DNA from: Glaucostegus cemiculus
Lineage: Eukaryota
Length of the DNA stretch: 64,000 bases
Direction of reading: 5' to 3'
Assembly (NCBI GenBank): GCA_976551045.1
Contig: CDPCPM010000091.1
Location: forward strand, 14,818,001 to 14,882,000
A program made the translations under genes and the position numbers. Shown here piece by piece: positions 1 through 12,684 of the stretch. The notes under the pieces are model-generated. The model saw only the letters and a list, made by a program, of their open reading frames with translations, made no database searches and was not told where the DNA came from. The stretch's first letter is position 1, and every line of letters starts with the position of its first letter.

Positions 1-346
1 CTAAGAACTGAAATGGCTATTGCTGAATTAACATGCAGCCATATACTCAGAAAAAAGTGCATAAACTGCCAGCCAAGAATCAGGAGATGCTCATTTTAGG
101 GCAGTTCATGAATTTATTTGATCAATGGTCTACCTTCACTGACTGTGGCCTGCGTTGCCTGTTCAGCAACATAGTACGATTGCAGGTATGGGTTCACAAT
201 GGTGCGGACATCCAATGGAGCCATCACTCTGCACTGAAGCCATGCTGAAGGAAAGGTTCTGATGCTCTGACAGACGCGGGGCTGGCAGCATCCTCCAGTA
301 CAGTCCTGGAAAGTCCTTCCTGCGTGCTCTGTATCTTCACAATTTT

Positions 347-600
347 GGGCGGCGCGATAGCGTAGCGGTTAGCGCGACGCTGTTACAGCGCCAGCGATCG
401 TGGTTTGATTCCCGTCGCTGACTGTAAGGAGTTTGTACGTTCTCCTGTGTCTGCGTGGGTTTCCTCCGGGTGCTCCGGTTTCCTCCCACATTCTAAAAAC
501 GTACAGGTAGGCTAATTTGGGTGTTAAAATGGGCGGCGTGAACTCATTAGGCCGAAAGGGCCTGTTACCACGCTGTAAATAAAATAAAATAAAATTAAAA
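347..600 (+). mobile_element. tRNA-derived V-SINE (HE1-like), type A with CR1-like 3' tail
   Basis: A/B-box-like head (TAGCGTAGCGG...GGTTTGATTCCC), V-domain GGGTTTCCTCCGGGTGCTCCGGTTTCCTCCCACA, tail GGCCGAAAGGGCCTGTTACC then (TAAAA)n; close copy at 33328. Confidence 0.9.
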
Positions 601-2060
601 TATTAGCATAGACCAATGTGAACTTCTGAGCATCACCAAGAAGAAGAGTTACCAGTCCTGTTAGCTGCAAAACTACTTGTGACAGCCAAGAGAACTGCCT
701 TCACTTTCTCGCAGAATACGTAATTATCAGATCCAGTTGACATGACTAGTCTTCCCTCAGTCTTTCCACTAGCCCGGGTAAAAGCACTCACCTAACCTGC
801 ATTGGCATAGCAATCTGCCCAAGCTGTTCTCTGCTTGTGCTGTAACACAACAGCCGACATTTATTATCCAACTTGAGATGTGCCTCTACCTGCACGCATT
901 GGGCCGTAGTGCTCAAGGGCAGCAATTCCCCTCACCCATGCTTCCACCATTGGAAAGGAAAAAAGATGCCCTTCTCTAATAAACTTACTGCATTGGCCTC
1001 ACCACAGCTCCTTTCTTAAACTGCTATTTTAATATCAGCAATATTTTTCTATTCGGTCTTTTTTGAATATCGGCAGAAATCTATAATAAAAATAAATACT
1101 ACTTCCCCTCAAGGAACATCTGCATTCTTCCTCTCGACTGCAAATGGGCAAATTGGATGTGGGAACTTCTTCATGTAGTTCATGCAAAATGCTGAACTTG
1201 GGAACGCAGCAAGTTGCATGTGTTCTTGGCTGACAAAAAAAATCAATTCCACCCCATCTGAGTTTTGTTTGCTGGTTTGATACTAGGTCAAGGGTAGTAA
1301 TCTCTGTTAGTCATTTTCCAGACACTTTTGTTATCACTTAATATAGCTTTTACTAATTGTGCAACTGGTTATCTTGTAAAGTTAGTGAAAAGGTTTAATT
1401 AACAACTATGAAAAACTTAAATGTGCTGTGAGGTGTGGAAATTCTGACCATTCAGTTACTTTTGTTAAAATATAACCTCCACTTTTACCCTATCTTCTGG
1501 GAACCATGCAGGTTTTAGTCTGACACGTTACAGCTCATTGTTGTTTGTGGTACAACTCAAAAATTATCCCAATTCATCAACCAAGCAGATTAGGTTTGAA
1601 ATTAGGGCATTAATTAATTTGGAGTTATGATGGTTGAAATCTGCAACTGAAAATGTGGACCTTTTTTGAAATGAGGCTTATTTCATATTGCTTCTCAGTA
1701 GGCCAATAACTGCTCATTCTGATAAAACAATAACTGATTAATTTTCAGATGATCAATAATAAAAATAAAACTTTTGGTTTTTACAAGGTAAAATAGTTCT
1801 GCATCTTAATACATGTAACCTTTCTACAATTGTATTGCTACATATGGGAGAGTTGCCCATGTATATGTTCCATTTGCCACTGCAATTGGTAAAGCAGTAC
1901 TAGGATATTGACCAACTGGATTGGAGACACCTCCAAGCATTTAGAAGTCCTCAAGGTTTTTGGTCTTTTTTTTGGGGGGTCATTCTGAATTCCACTTTCT
2001 ACATGGGGCAGGTGCCTTTGTTCAGCCAGGTGCCCAGTCCGGTGACATAAATGATTTCTT

Positions 2061-2105
2061 TCTGAGGAATTCTGGGAACCATGCAGGTTCCCAGAATTCC
2101 TCAGA
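2061..2105. repeat. Perfect 20-bp inverted repeat with 5-nt spacer
   Basis: TCTGAGGAATTCTGGGAACC-atgca-GGTTCCCAGAATTCCTCAGA. Confidence 0.95.
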
Positions 2106-2224
2106 GCCAAAGGAAGACTAAAGTAATAGTGGGAATTCTGTCCTATCATAATCCCAAAGTGCACCAGCATTTTGACCCTAATGTGTCAGGACCCGCTGGT
2201 TGTAAAGATTCTTTAAACAATGTC

Positions 2225-2605
2225 ATCAGAGTCAAAGGGACCTACAGCAGCCCTTTGGCCCACTGTGGCGGTAAAGGGCCCACTGTGGCGGTAAAGGGCC
2301 CACTGTGGCGGTAAAGCGCCCACTTGCATCAATCATGCACCAATCCTATTTTATACTTCCCACATTCCCATTAACTTGGCTTTGCCCCTCTTTCACCACT
2401 CCCCCCCCCCCTCAGGTTCTACCATTTACCAAGGCACTAGGGGCATTTTATAGCAACCCATAAGCCACCAGCTCTCACACCTTTGGGATGTGGGAAGAAA
2501 CTGGAGCACCCACCTGGTCACCGAGGGAACTTGAGGTCAGGATTAACTCTGGGTTGTTGGAACTGTGAGGCAGCAGCTCTGTTACCTGTGCCACTGTCTT
2601 GCCCC
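2225..2605 (-). mobile_element. Older HE1-like SINE, degenerate
   Basis: Reverse V-domain TTTGGGATGTGGGAAGAAACTGGAGCACCC, head remnant near 2570-2600, CR1-like tail remnant CAGCCCTTTGGCCCA. Confidence 0.75.
2257..2316. repeat. Perfect tandem repeat, 3 x 20 bp
   Basis: (GGCCCACTGTGGCGGTAAAG)x3 plus a partial copy. Confidence 0.95.
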
Positions 2606-3489
2606 AACATTGGACTAGAGTATATCTGGAACTGTATTCAACATGTGCAGAAAGTAGATAACCTGAGTATCGAGAAATTTGAAAAATTTTGTTTTCTTTC
2701 TGTTAAAGTATTCATTGTTTTGCTTCATTGGCAAAAAAGTTTGTCACTAAATTTTAATCAGTCAAGCTTATTGATTAGGTGGCATTCTGGTTTTAATACA
2801 GTTAGAAAGCTGCAGGAGGTTACTGATAAACAATGAACAGGTAAAAGGAATGGTTTCCTTCATAACAAGCTTAAAGGGTTGTTGCAAATGCAGTTTCCTT
2901 TTCAGTTATAAGATGTCAAAGACGAATGTGGGCAGGAGGGGTTCCATTTCGTTGGCTGGTTACCCAGTATTAGATTAGGAAGGAACAGTACCTCTGCGTT
3001 GGGACCAGTGTTTTAGTGGAAAGGATGAATAGTTTCTCAATCGAGCTTTAAACAGAAGCAGGATCAGGTGAAAATACATATGTCTGAAAGAGAAAAAAAT
3101 AATATGATCAGGAAACAAACAGGACTATAAAACAGAATAATTGGATAAAACCAAGTGGCAGAAGAAAAATAGACTTCTTCAACAGAATGTTAGAAACAGA
3201 ATCCATTAGGACTGAAATGAAAGAAATAATGGTATAACAGAAACTTAATATGAGAAAGGACATGACAGAAGAAATATGTAAATATTTGTATGAATTAATT
3301 TGAACTGTATGGCCAGAAATTCAATTATGTGGCTCATGCATTCCTGTTCTTTAGCAGTGATTTGTGTAAAATTGATTGCAAAGTATGATCTGTAAATCCT
3401 GTATAATGAAAGATTCAGTTCCATGAGTCAAACAATGAAACTCCCTGAACCTGTGGAAAGAATATAATCTGGACAAATCCAATGCCCAG

Positions 3490-3930
3490 ATTATCAATTC
3501 CTCTCTGCTCAAAGAGAAGGAAATCTAGTCCATTGATGTCATCCTTTACATTACGGAGGGGTTATGTCAAACATACTGCCACTGTAGGCATACTTAGATT
3601 CTGAGGGTTTTTAATGAGATGATGGGTCTGCCTTTTCAAATAACATACTAAAATCCATGTGTAATTGCTCTATCCTGATTGACACTACTCGTTGCCTGCT
3701 ATAAGAATTCAATCAAGTTAGTCAGACATCAGTTTCTTTTTTTTGCTGACTGCTCTTGGTTAACCTATGCCTCTCTGAATGCTGCTTTCAGAATTTTCAC
3801 CATTTTTCCACTGATAACTAAATCTGGCCTGCAGTTACTCCATCTTTTAATCGCTACCAAAGGAATTTTGCAGCTTCCCCCTCCCAAGACATTTTTCCTT
3901 GCACTATTTTTGCTGTACTAATTTCCTTCC
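3490..3930 (-). mobile_element. Old CR1 LINE RT fragment
   Basis: Degenerate match to other CR1 RT pieces in the window (e.g. TCAAGTTAGTCAGACAT, TAACTAAATCTGGCCTGCAGTTAC). Confidence 0.5.
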
Positions 3931-4355
3931 CGATTTCCTTTCTGCCCATTTTATCCTCCTGCAGGATTGAATGCTTGATTTCTCTGCATTGCCTTATTCC
4001 ACACTATATATGTCTCTCAATATCTGGTAAATCATAAAACCGTTGAACTGCTTCAGCCCATCAAGTCTATGCTGCAGTTTATTCTCTCTCTCAAGTACCC
4101 ATTCATTCTTTTTCCGATGCACTCATTAATTCTATTTCCACTGCCTTTACAGGGGGTGAATTTCAGATCCTACTTGATAAAACTGGTCTTGTCTAATTTA
4201 AAACATTTACTCACAATCCATCTATTGAGATTTTCATAGCTATGCTAAATCTGATCGAAGTATGAGAACCTCCTCCAGAATGCCGTCTTGTTGCTCACCT
4301 GCTCAAGTTCATTCCCTAAAGCCAAAGTCAGTTCTATCCCCACTCTTGTTGGTTG

Positions 4356-4520
4356 TACTCAGCAAGTTAGGCACCATCTGTAGAAAGTAAAGTTGTGTTT
4401 CAACTCAGAGATCATTTTTCAGAAGGGTTCTCATTAACTCCACTTTGCTTTCCAGAAGTGCTGTCTGATCTGCTGGGTGATTTCAGCATTTACGGTTTTT
4501 ATTTCAGATTTCCAGAACTA
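4356..4520. mobile_element. Palindromic Penelope-derived non-autonomous element, degenerate
   Basis: CTCAGCAAGTTAGGCACCATCTG arm and inverse GTGCTGTCTGATCTGCTGGG...TTTCAGATTTCCAG arm; shares GCAAGTTAGGCACCATCT with the 8645 copy. Confidence 0.65.
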
Positions 4521-4869
4521 AAAGTTTTTTGATTTACATAATCCATTGTATTAATTGGGAGGGGAGTGGGGGGAGGTTAATTTTTTACTGGGTTAATGAA
4601 GAGAACTGGGAAAGTCAACAGAAGAAGAAATTACTGATATCCAAAGTATTACAATAGGATGAATGTTTGGGGCCTGTAAAAACATTCCCAACAACATCAG
4701 GAATTTTGTTCCTCAGTCCATCCCATATTGTCTCATTTTTGTGCTTTCTACAGCATCATTCCTCCTCAAAGCTGCAATTATTTCCTTAATCAATATAGCC
4801 ACAGATCTTCTTCATCCCCTCTACTCCATTTAGTCCGAACACTCTAACTATGGATGTGGAGCTGTCATT

Positions 4870-5720
4870 TCCACCCATCACTGTCATATTTCAAGTATTG
4901 TCTATTTACCATATTCCCACCTGCCCATTCTGTGCCCTTAGTTCATCACTATTATTTTGGAAAGCACTTTCATTAAAGTCAAAGTAACCAAGCCTTGTCT
5001 GCCTTTTCTCCCTTCCTTTCAAAACTTGTTCACTAAATCCCTGCCTTCTCAAATCCAACTCTGAAACTGACGTCAGATTCCCATCCACCTGAGTTTAAAG
5101 CCTCCCCAACAACATTAGGAGGATATTGGTCCCAGCCCCATTTAGAAGTGACCCATCCAGATTGGGTAGGTCCAACTTCCCTAAAACCTGTCCCAATATC
5201 CAAACAGCCTAGAGATCTCCTCCCAAACAGTCACCTTAGTTGCATGTAATTTGTACCTTCCGCCTAATTCTGTACTCACTGGCACAGTAAGTCTTCATCC
5301 TGCATTTTCACTCTTACTCCCATCTTCTTGTAATCCACGCCTCTTCATACCCATGTCACTTGTACTAATGTGAACTGCAATCATTGGCTGTTCACCCTGC
5401 CTGCTCTGAATGCTCCACAGCCACATAGTGACGTAGGCACCAATAAGGCAACACACCATCCTGTGGTCACAGAGACCTCAACTGACCTTCCTCTGCTCCT
5501 CACACATGCATCCCCTATCTATGTAGTTTGCCTGATCTCCATACTCCTTTGTTGTGCAGTTAAATTACGGCACAATGCTACAGACTTTGTTCTGGCTGCA
5601 ATCCCTGAGGAGTCTTCCTCTTCGCCAGTATGCAGACCCGAGTACCATTTAGAGAGTGCAATACCCTTGGGTCTCCTGCACCAGCTGTCTGGCCCCGCAG
5701 GTGTATTGTGCAGGTGTTGG
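4870..5720 (-). mobile_element. CR1 5' region (ORF1/esterase-like) remnant
   Basis: GAGTTTAAAGCCTCCCCAACAAC...GGATATTGGTCCC block typical of the reversed CR1 ORF1 end; no intact frame. Confidence 0.45.
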
Positions 5721-6631
5721 CAGATTCACTCTGTTGCTGCGCTCACTAACCTTGACTATGCAAATAAGGTCAGAGAACATCTTCAAGCAGTGAGATTGGG
5801 TCATCGAGTTGTACAGCATGGAAACAGGCCCTTCGGCCCACCGTGTCCATTCCGACAACCATGTCTGTCTATAATAATCCCATTAGTTCCATCACCCCCT
5901 ATGCCTTGCTCATTCAATTCCCTATCCAGATGCCTCTTAAATGTTATTGCTGTTCCTGCCTCCACCACCTCCTCTGGCAGCTCATTCCAGATATCGGCTA
6001 CTCTTTGTGTGAACAATTTACCACTCAGATCTCCTTTTAAACCTTCTCTCATTTTAAGCATATGCCCTCTACGTTTAGACTCCCCTACCTGTGGAAAAAG
6101 ACTGTGACTATCTACCCTTTATCATGTCACCTCTCAGCCTCTGGTGCAGGGAAAACAGACCCAGTCTATTCAATCTCTCCTTATAACTCAAGCCATCCAA
6201 CCTAGGCAACATCCTTCTACATACTTTCTGCATCCTGTCTTGCATAATCATATCTTTTTTGTAGTACGGTGACCAGAACTGCACACTAATCCAAACAGGG
6301 CCTAACCAAAGTTTTGTACAACTGTAACATGGCATCCCAGCTGTTGCATTCAAATGCCTTGGCTGATGAAGGCCAGTATGCAGTATGCTTTCTTCACCAC
6401 CCTGCTTACTCATGCTGTTACTTTCAGGGAACTATGTACTTATACCCCTCAGCCTCTCCATTCAACAGTGCGCCTCGGGGCTTTGCCGTTCATTGTGTAT
6501 GTTCTGCCCTGGTTTAACTTCCCAAAATTCATCACTTCACACTTATTTAATTTAAATTCCAAATGTCATTCCCTTGCCCAGTTTCCCAGCTGATCTATAT
6601 CCTGTGGTAACCTCAGACAACCTCCTTCGCT

Positions 6632-7058
6632 GTCCCCAGGTTACGAATGCCCAACTTATGAACGCTGTCACATATCAGCAAGCTTCCATAATATTATTAA
6701 ATTCAGAAGTCCAGCAAACATACACGTGTCCATTCCTACAAATAGCAGAGCTTGTTTCCTCTCTTCACTTTCAGTAGTTCTTTCTTATCAGCCTTATCTG
6801 CTTTTGGTACCACTCATTACACGACTCTGGAGGAATTGGTTTATAATTGTTGCATCTCCTGAGGTGCAGTGAAGAACTTGTCTTGCACACTGTTCATACA
6901 GATCAATCCATTACACAGTGCATTGAGGTAGTACAAGGTAAAACAATAACTGAATGCAGAATATAGTCCAGTATATGGGATGCTACCACATCGAGTGATT
7001 ACTGTGTACAAAATCAACTTGTTGGTATCTGTAAAATCGGAATCTGCTTGTTACCCAG
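6632..7058. mobile_element. Probable Tigger/pogo-like MITE nested in CR1
   Basis: Left end GTCCCCAGGTTACGAATGCCCAACTTATGAAC resembles Tigger-type termini; decayed right end near 7030-7058; CR1 sequence resumes after it. Confidence 0.4.
6835..6965 (-). mobile_element. Rex1/Babar-type 3' UTR fragment
   Basis: CAGTGAAGAACTTGTCTTGCA...GCATTGAGGTAGTACAAGGTAAAACAATAAC matches the Rex tail at 40810-40925. Confidence 0.75.
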
Positions 7059-8644
7059 TACCACCAATTTTGGTGTCATCTGCAGACTTGCTAATCATGC
7101 TATTTATATTCACATCCAAATCATTGGTATGTATGATGAACAATAGGGGACCCAGCACTACTCCCTGTGACACACCACTGGTCACCAATCTCCAGTCTTA
7201 TATATAAAAAAAACAACCCTCCTTTAGCTCCTCTGACTCCTGTCACCAAGCCAATTTTACATCCAAATGGCTAGCTTGTCCTGGATCCCATGTGTTCTAT
7301 TGTGTGGACCTTGTCAAAGGCCTTGCTACATTACGTGTAGTCAATGTCTACTTCCCTGCTCTTGCAAACCTTGCAAATCCTTGCAGATCCTCTTGGTCAC
7401 CTCTTCAAAAAAAACCTGAATGAAATTTGTGAGACACTTCTCACAAACAAAGCTATGCTGACTATTCCAAACTGGCCCTTGCCTTTCCAAATGCAAATAA
7501 ATCCTAAATTCCAAATGCAAAATGCAAATAAATGCAAATAACTTTCCCACCACTGATGCAAGGCTATAGTTTCCTAGTTTATCCCTACTGCCCTTCTTAG
7601 CTAAATGTTCAGCCTTTTATATATCTTCAAGTCTTTCAAACCTTGCTTGTGTCTAAAGAAGACACAGAAATCTGTCAGGGCCCAATCAGTCTCTTCCTTG
7701 CTTCCCATAAAATCCTAGAATACACCTGGTCAGGCCCTTGGAATTTATCCATGTTTATGCATTTCAAGCCCTCTAACCCCACTTCCATTTGTAATGTCAG
7801 TGTGCTCTAGGATATCACTGTTGCCTTCCCTGAACTCCCTAGCTTCCATGTCCTTCTCCACGTTAAATACAAATGAACAGTATTCATCTGAGACCTTGCC
7901 CATTTCCCGTGGTTCCACACACAAATTAGCGCACTGATCCCTAAAGGCGACCTATTTTCTAGGGCACCTAGCCTATTACTCTTGAAATACGTGGAGTTAT
8001 TCATGATTCTCCTTAATCTTATCTTCTGGTGATATCTCCTAGTCCCTTTTTTTGCCTTCCTAATGTCCTCCTTGAGTGTACTACCTCGTACTCCTTGAGG
8101 GATTCACTTGATCCCTGCTGACTGTATCTAACATTAGCTCTATCAGATAGTTTAATGATATCACTCTCAACAAATGAAGTAGTCATTTTGGTTCACAACT
8201 TGCACTTAAGCTTGCTGGCCTCGTTTCAGATATCATTCAGACAAACAATATGGAAAACACTTGGTGCGGGGGAACTGCTAGACAGCAAAATGAACCTAAA
8301 AAAAACCCATCACATTTATCTGTGTGATCTGTGCATGTCTCAAGAAATGCGAGTTGAAAAAATAAAAATAGACAAAATTTGTTGTCTGTTTCTTGTGTTT
8401 TGTTGATTTTTTTTGCACGTGAATTCCATAAGTGCGCATTTTATTCTATATCTCGGAATTTTGGATAGTAGTTTTGTGAATTCCATAGAGAAGAAATTCC
8501 ATAACCCGAATGGCCATAGTACAGGAGTTGCCTGTACCCTGTCAGGTGGTGGGATATTAATGAGAGCAGATGGAAGTTAAGTGCATGAGCTACATCTGAA
8601 CAGAAGCAATCTTGATATAAAATGGTTTAAGACAAAAACTAGTA

Positions 8645-8860
8645 AAATAGAAGGTGCTTTGAATGGACTTGGCAAGTTAGGCACCATCTATAGAAAGAGA
8701 AACAGAGTTTTGTTTCATGTCAACAATCTTTAATCAGACTCATCTGATGAGGGATCTTCAATCTGAATTACTAACTCTGTTTTACTTTCCAGAGATGCTG
8801 CTTGATCTGCTGAGTGTTTCCAGCAATCTCTGTTTCTATTTCAGATTTCCAGTGCTGGAT
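8645..8860. mobile_element. Palindromic Penelope-derived non-autonomous element
   Basis: Inverted arms around ATCAGA-ctca-TCTGAT; CTGATGA at 8744-8750; right arm GATGCTGCTTGATCTGCTGAGTGTTTCCAGCA. Confidence 0.7.
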
Positions 8861-8973
8861 TTGTAAAGTAAAAAAACTGCATAGTATTTAATTGTGGAGA
8901 AATAATAGAAGTTGATTCCATGGGTTTGATTATAGAATATTGAAAGGTAAACAGGAAAAGAAATTACTGACAA

Positions 8974-9852
8974 GAATCAGAATCAGTTTTATTGTCACAA
9001 CCATATACATACATAGTATGCATAGGAGCGAGATACCGTCCTCCTCAGGTGCTCGTCCCATTAAATAACATAACAACCAACAGAGACACACAGACACACT
9101 TGGCAGAATAAACATTACAAAACATTAGACATTAAAAGCTACGGAAGTTAAAATTAAATTATTATGCAGATTAAATTAAAAATGGCCGGTAAATAAATAA
9201 ATAGTTCTTAAAGTGAACAGGCTGGTGTCGGGCATTTAAAGTGCTGGTGCATTTCTGTGCACCTAGCATCTCTTAGTGTTAACAAAGGAAGATGGAGGGA
9301 TGAGAGAGTTTGCAGTTCTGATGGCTTGCGGAAAGAAGCTATTGTTCAGCCTGGTCGTTCTTGCCCTGATACATTTAAGCCTCCTCCCTGATGGCAAAAT
9401 TGTGAAGAGGTGGTGGGAGGGGTGAGAAGGGTCGGCCATTATGCTTTTGGTCTTCCTCACACAACGGTCTTTGTATATGTCTGTGAGGGATGGAAGCGAG
9501 ACACCTATGATCCACTCCGCAGCCCTAACTATCTTCTGGAGGGACTTCCGCCCAGCAGCTGAGCAGCTTCCAAACCAAACAGTGATACATTGGGTTAGGA
9601 TGCTCTCAATGGTCCCCCTATAGAAGGTTTTCATGACGGAGGGATGGGGGTACGCTTTCCTCAGTCTCCGCAGGAAGTAGAGGCATTTCTGAGCTTTCTT
9701 TGTGAGGGCCGTAATGTTAGTGGACCAGGTCAGGTCGTCGGTGATGTGCACCCCCAGGAACTTAGTGCTGCGTACTTGTTCCACAGCAGACCCGTTGATG
9801 GTCAGCGGGGCGTGCACACGGTGACCCCTCCTAAAATCCACTATCATCTCCT
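8974..9852 (-). mobile_element. Rex1/Babar LINE, 5'-truncated, uninterrupted C-terminal frame
   Basis: 194-aa ORF 9263-9847 (MIVDFRR..KFLGVHITDDLTWS..LYFLRRL..IESILT.CITVWFG..RTTRLNNSFFPQAIR); tail GTGACAATAAAA(CTGATT)n; TGACAA duplicated at 8968-8973 and 9853-9858. Confidence 0.93.
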
Positions 9853-10129
9853 TGACAACTGAAATATTAAAAATAAGTATGAGGTATATTTAAGACGATA
9901 ATCACTAGGATCCAGGGGAAATATATCCCACTGAGAAGAAAAAAATGATAGAATGATAATGGACCGTAGCAGGCAGAATTAAGGAAAAGGAGTATCACAG
10001 AAAAATAAAGAGATGTAAGGAAATACAGTAAGGTTGGGGAAAAAAGATGCATGACAAAATTAAAGTACCAATGAATATAAAAATAATTGGCAAAGTATTC
10101 TGATGGTACGTGATCTCAAAAGTAACATT

Positions 10130-10760
10130 AAGATTCTGGTAGGGCCACAATAAACCCACAAGTAATGACAAAAAAAAGGAACTACTGGATTCATTTCTGG
10201 AGTTATAAGATTGTAAATCAATGAGGCTCTGTTAAACTTGTATAGAGTGTTGTTTAGACCACACTAGGTGCAGTATGTTGTAAAAAGAACCTAGAGACAC
10301 TGGAGAAGGTACAAAAGAGATTTATTGGAATGGCACAGGTATTGAGAAGTTAAGAAGTTAAACTTACCAGGAAAGGCTAGAGTTCTTTTTTTCTCTAGAA
10401 AATATCTTTGGATGATTTATTTGTGTTCTTGGCAAGGAATTGGATCAACATAAGGAAGATATTTTTACTTGTAAGCAAGGCCAGAGCTAGGGGTTCTTAT
10501 ATATGTAGCCAATAGTAAATTTAAAGCAAATTTGGGAGAGTCCGTTTCATTGTGTAAGAGGTGAGAATATGGAACTTGCTATCACTGTGAGTAATTGAGT
10601 GGAAGAGTTTGGTGGGATTTAAGGATAAATTGGATAAGTACATTGGTAGAACGGAATATCAAGATGGGTTTGGGTGAAACGCCGTGGGAGGAAACTGATG
10701 TCGAACATAATTGCAAGCATGATCTTGATCGGCCAAATGTCCTCTTTCGCAGCAATAACT
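10130..10760 (+). mobile_element. Old CR1 3' fragment
   Basis: TTAGACCACACTAG..GGAGAAGGTACAAAAGAGATTTA..GAGAATATGGAAC..GGCCAAATGTCCTCT pattern. Confidence 0.65.
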
Positions 10761-11279
10761 TATAAGCTATAAAAATTAGATGATTTTATCAGCAATTTAC
10801 TTGGTGGGAAACAGCTGAGATTAAAATAGCTACCTTGTTCAATTATAAAATAATACAGTGAGTAGATAATTCCATTGAAAGCTTCAATGGGGAAAAACCT
10901 GGCAAGTACTGTTTGGCTTGGTTTCCAAGCAGGTGATTTGAGGGAGGAGCTGAGCCTCACAGATCAAACAAACAAGATGTTTGTGTTTTTTGTTTCCTGT
11001 CTGACTGATGTTCGTGATACCACCATTTTGATATGCTCATTAGTAAATGTAGCTTGAGTACCTTCCAAAAGCATGCAGTCATAATAGTCATCTTTGCAAA
11101 TTGAGTCTGTGAATTTGATGCATACTTGGGCTTCAGCTGGGCTGATCAGGTCAACCAATTGAAACTGTGAATGGACCAGTGTCTTTAATGGGACTCCAAA
11201 GGTCATTCAGAAAACAGGAAATATGAGTGAGATTTGTGAGGCTAGGGAGAATAGCTGAAGCTTATTATCTGGCAGTTTG

Positions 11280-11435
11280 ACTTATTTCTGTTCTGAGCAA
11301 CCGTGTTGTATGCAAATAGGCTGCTACATTTCATCAAACTATAACAGTGGCTCTGCTTACAGATATTTCATTAGCTCTGATTTGTTTGGTATGTTTTGAG
11401 ATAGTGGTAGGTGCTTTATATAGGCAAATGCTTTT
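11280..11435 (+). mobile_element. Deu-domain/L2-tailed SINE 3' remnant
   Basis: GGCTGCTACATTTC..ATAACAGTGGCT..GGTGCTTTATATAGGCAAATG resembles SacSINE1/AmnSINE 3' ends. Confidence 0.45.
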
Positions 11436-12274
11436 TACTTTTTAAAGTATTAGTCCTTGTACAATTTGCAGTGTTATCACCAATATTTGTCTAATAGCAT
11501 AAACTGAATTGTAGTGAACTGACAACCCATTTTTCATAGCTACCAATTTTTATTTCCATTAATTTCAGAAATTAGATCTGACTGATAGGATCTGAATTAG
11601 ACTTAACAACATCAGCACTCAAGTTAAAATCAACACAAGCTGCTCTCGGAAAAAGGGGATTAAAAACCCTTGCTTTCCCTGGGTAAAGGAGTTAAGATTT
11701 TGTTTCATCTATCTGTAAGCCCCTGTTCGTTGCAGTTTTTAAAAATTATATTTTTTTTAAGACATTGATCAATATTTCTGAGTCAGCAAATATAAATAAA
11801 CTATGAGTTTCCTGTAACCCTTTGCTTGTTGGGCCACTTCAGTGGAGTCATGATGGAGCATTTTGAAATACTGGGATGAACAGGACATCTGTTAAATGTT
11901 GCAACACGATGGCTTAATTGTATAACATTTCCGCGCTTTGGCTAATTTCCTTTTCTCTTTTATGCTAATAGCCAACAAGAGCAGAACTTCACTTATTTTA
12001 AAAATAGTTAAGGAAGCTGTTGAGCATTAATATTCTTGTAATGATATAAGGCTAGAGACATTCAAATTTGCTTTACATTGCAGATTTGGATTAGAAACCA
12101 AAATGTTATGTGCTTAGACAAAGTTGTGGGTGTGACCACATTAGATGATTTTGACAGTATCGACAGATGAGTGTAAGCAATTGGACAAACAACTCAGACA
12201 GTGTACACAGCATGAGAAGGAATATATCTGCCATTTGTTCAAAAACCCAGAGTATTTTCATTTCTGGTGAATTC

Positions 12275-12495
12275 CATAGATATGGTGGGATATGGTAATG
12301 TGTTTATAATGAGTGGGTTAATAATGGGAAGCATGCATAATGGATGAATAATGGTCAGAATCAGTAATGGGAGAGTGCATAATGCATGGGATATATGATT
12401 AGGTGGGCAATATAGGAGGATGGATAATGTTCAGGGGGTGTAAAGTGTATAGGTTATACATGTAATGGGAGGGGTGCATAATGGATGGTTAATTC
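12275..12495. repeat. Degenerate ATAATGG-rich minisatellite
   Basis: Repeated TAATGG/GCATAATG motifs, purine-rich + strand. Confidence 0.65.
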
Positions 12496-12684
12496 TCTAG
12501 CACCCAGTTTGCAACCTTATGAATGTTGACAGCTAATCCTAAGAGTCCCTAAGGGATCGGGAGACTGGAAATATGTAAGCAAAAATGAATTGCATGCTTC
12601 ACTTCTTTACAAAAATGTGCTGATTAATCGGCAAATTTAACCACTGCCTGTAAAGAAGCCCAAGACACAAAGCTTTCTCAAAGC

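Larger units (their letters stand above)
5795..8140 (-). mobile_element. CR1 LINE, 3' ~2.3 kb (RT and C-terminus), interrupted
   Basis: Peptides FTQRVADIWNELPEEVVEAGT and VQFWSPYYKKD..RMLPRLDGLSYKERLNRLGLFSL; 3' stem-loop AGGCCCTTCGGCCC near 5827-5840; frameshifts. Confidence 0.9.

Noticed and set aside
347-425. tRNA gene (also the heads of the other SINE copies)
   Set aside because: The tRNA-like head runs directly into a V-domain and LINE tail, so it is a SINE.
1749-2840. Two 39-nt in-frame exon-like segments (1749-1787 MINNKNKTFGFYK; 2802-2840 LESCRRLLINNEQ)
   Set aside because: Weak pyrimidine tracts, GTAAAA donors and no recognisable peptide; not distinguishable from chance.
5370-6107. 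Longest ORF (245 aa) as a host gene
   Set aside because: It is an antisense frame across CR1 remnants and has no recognisable domain.
8400-8536. Possible Tigger-like terminus (..GGAGTTGCCTGTA)
   Set aside because: No matching opposite terminus or TSD was found.
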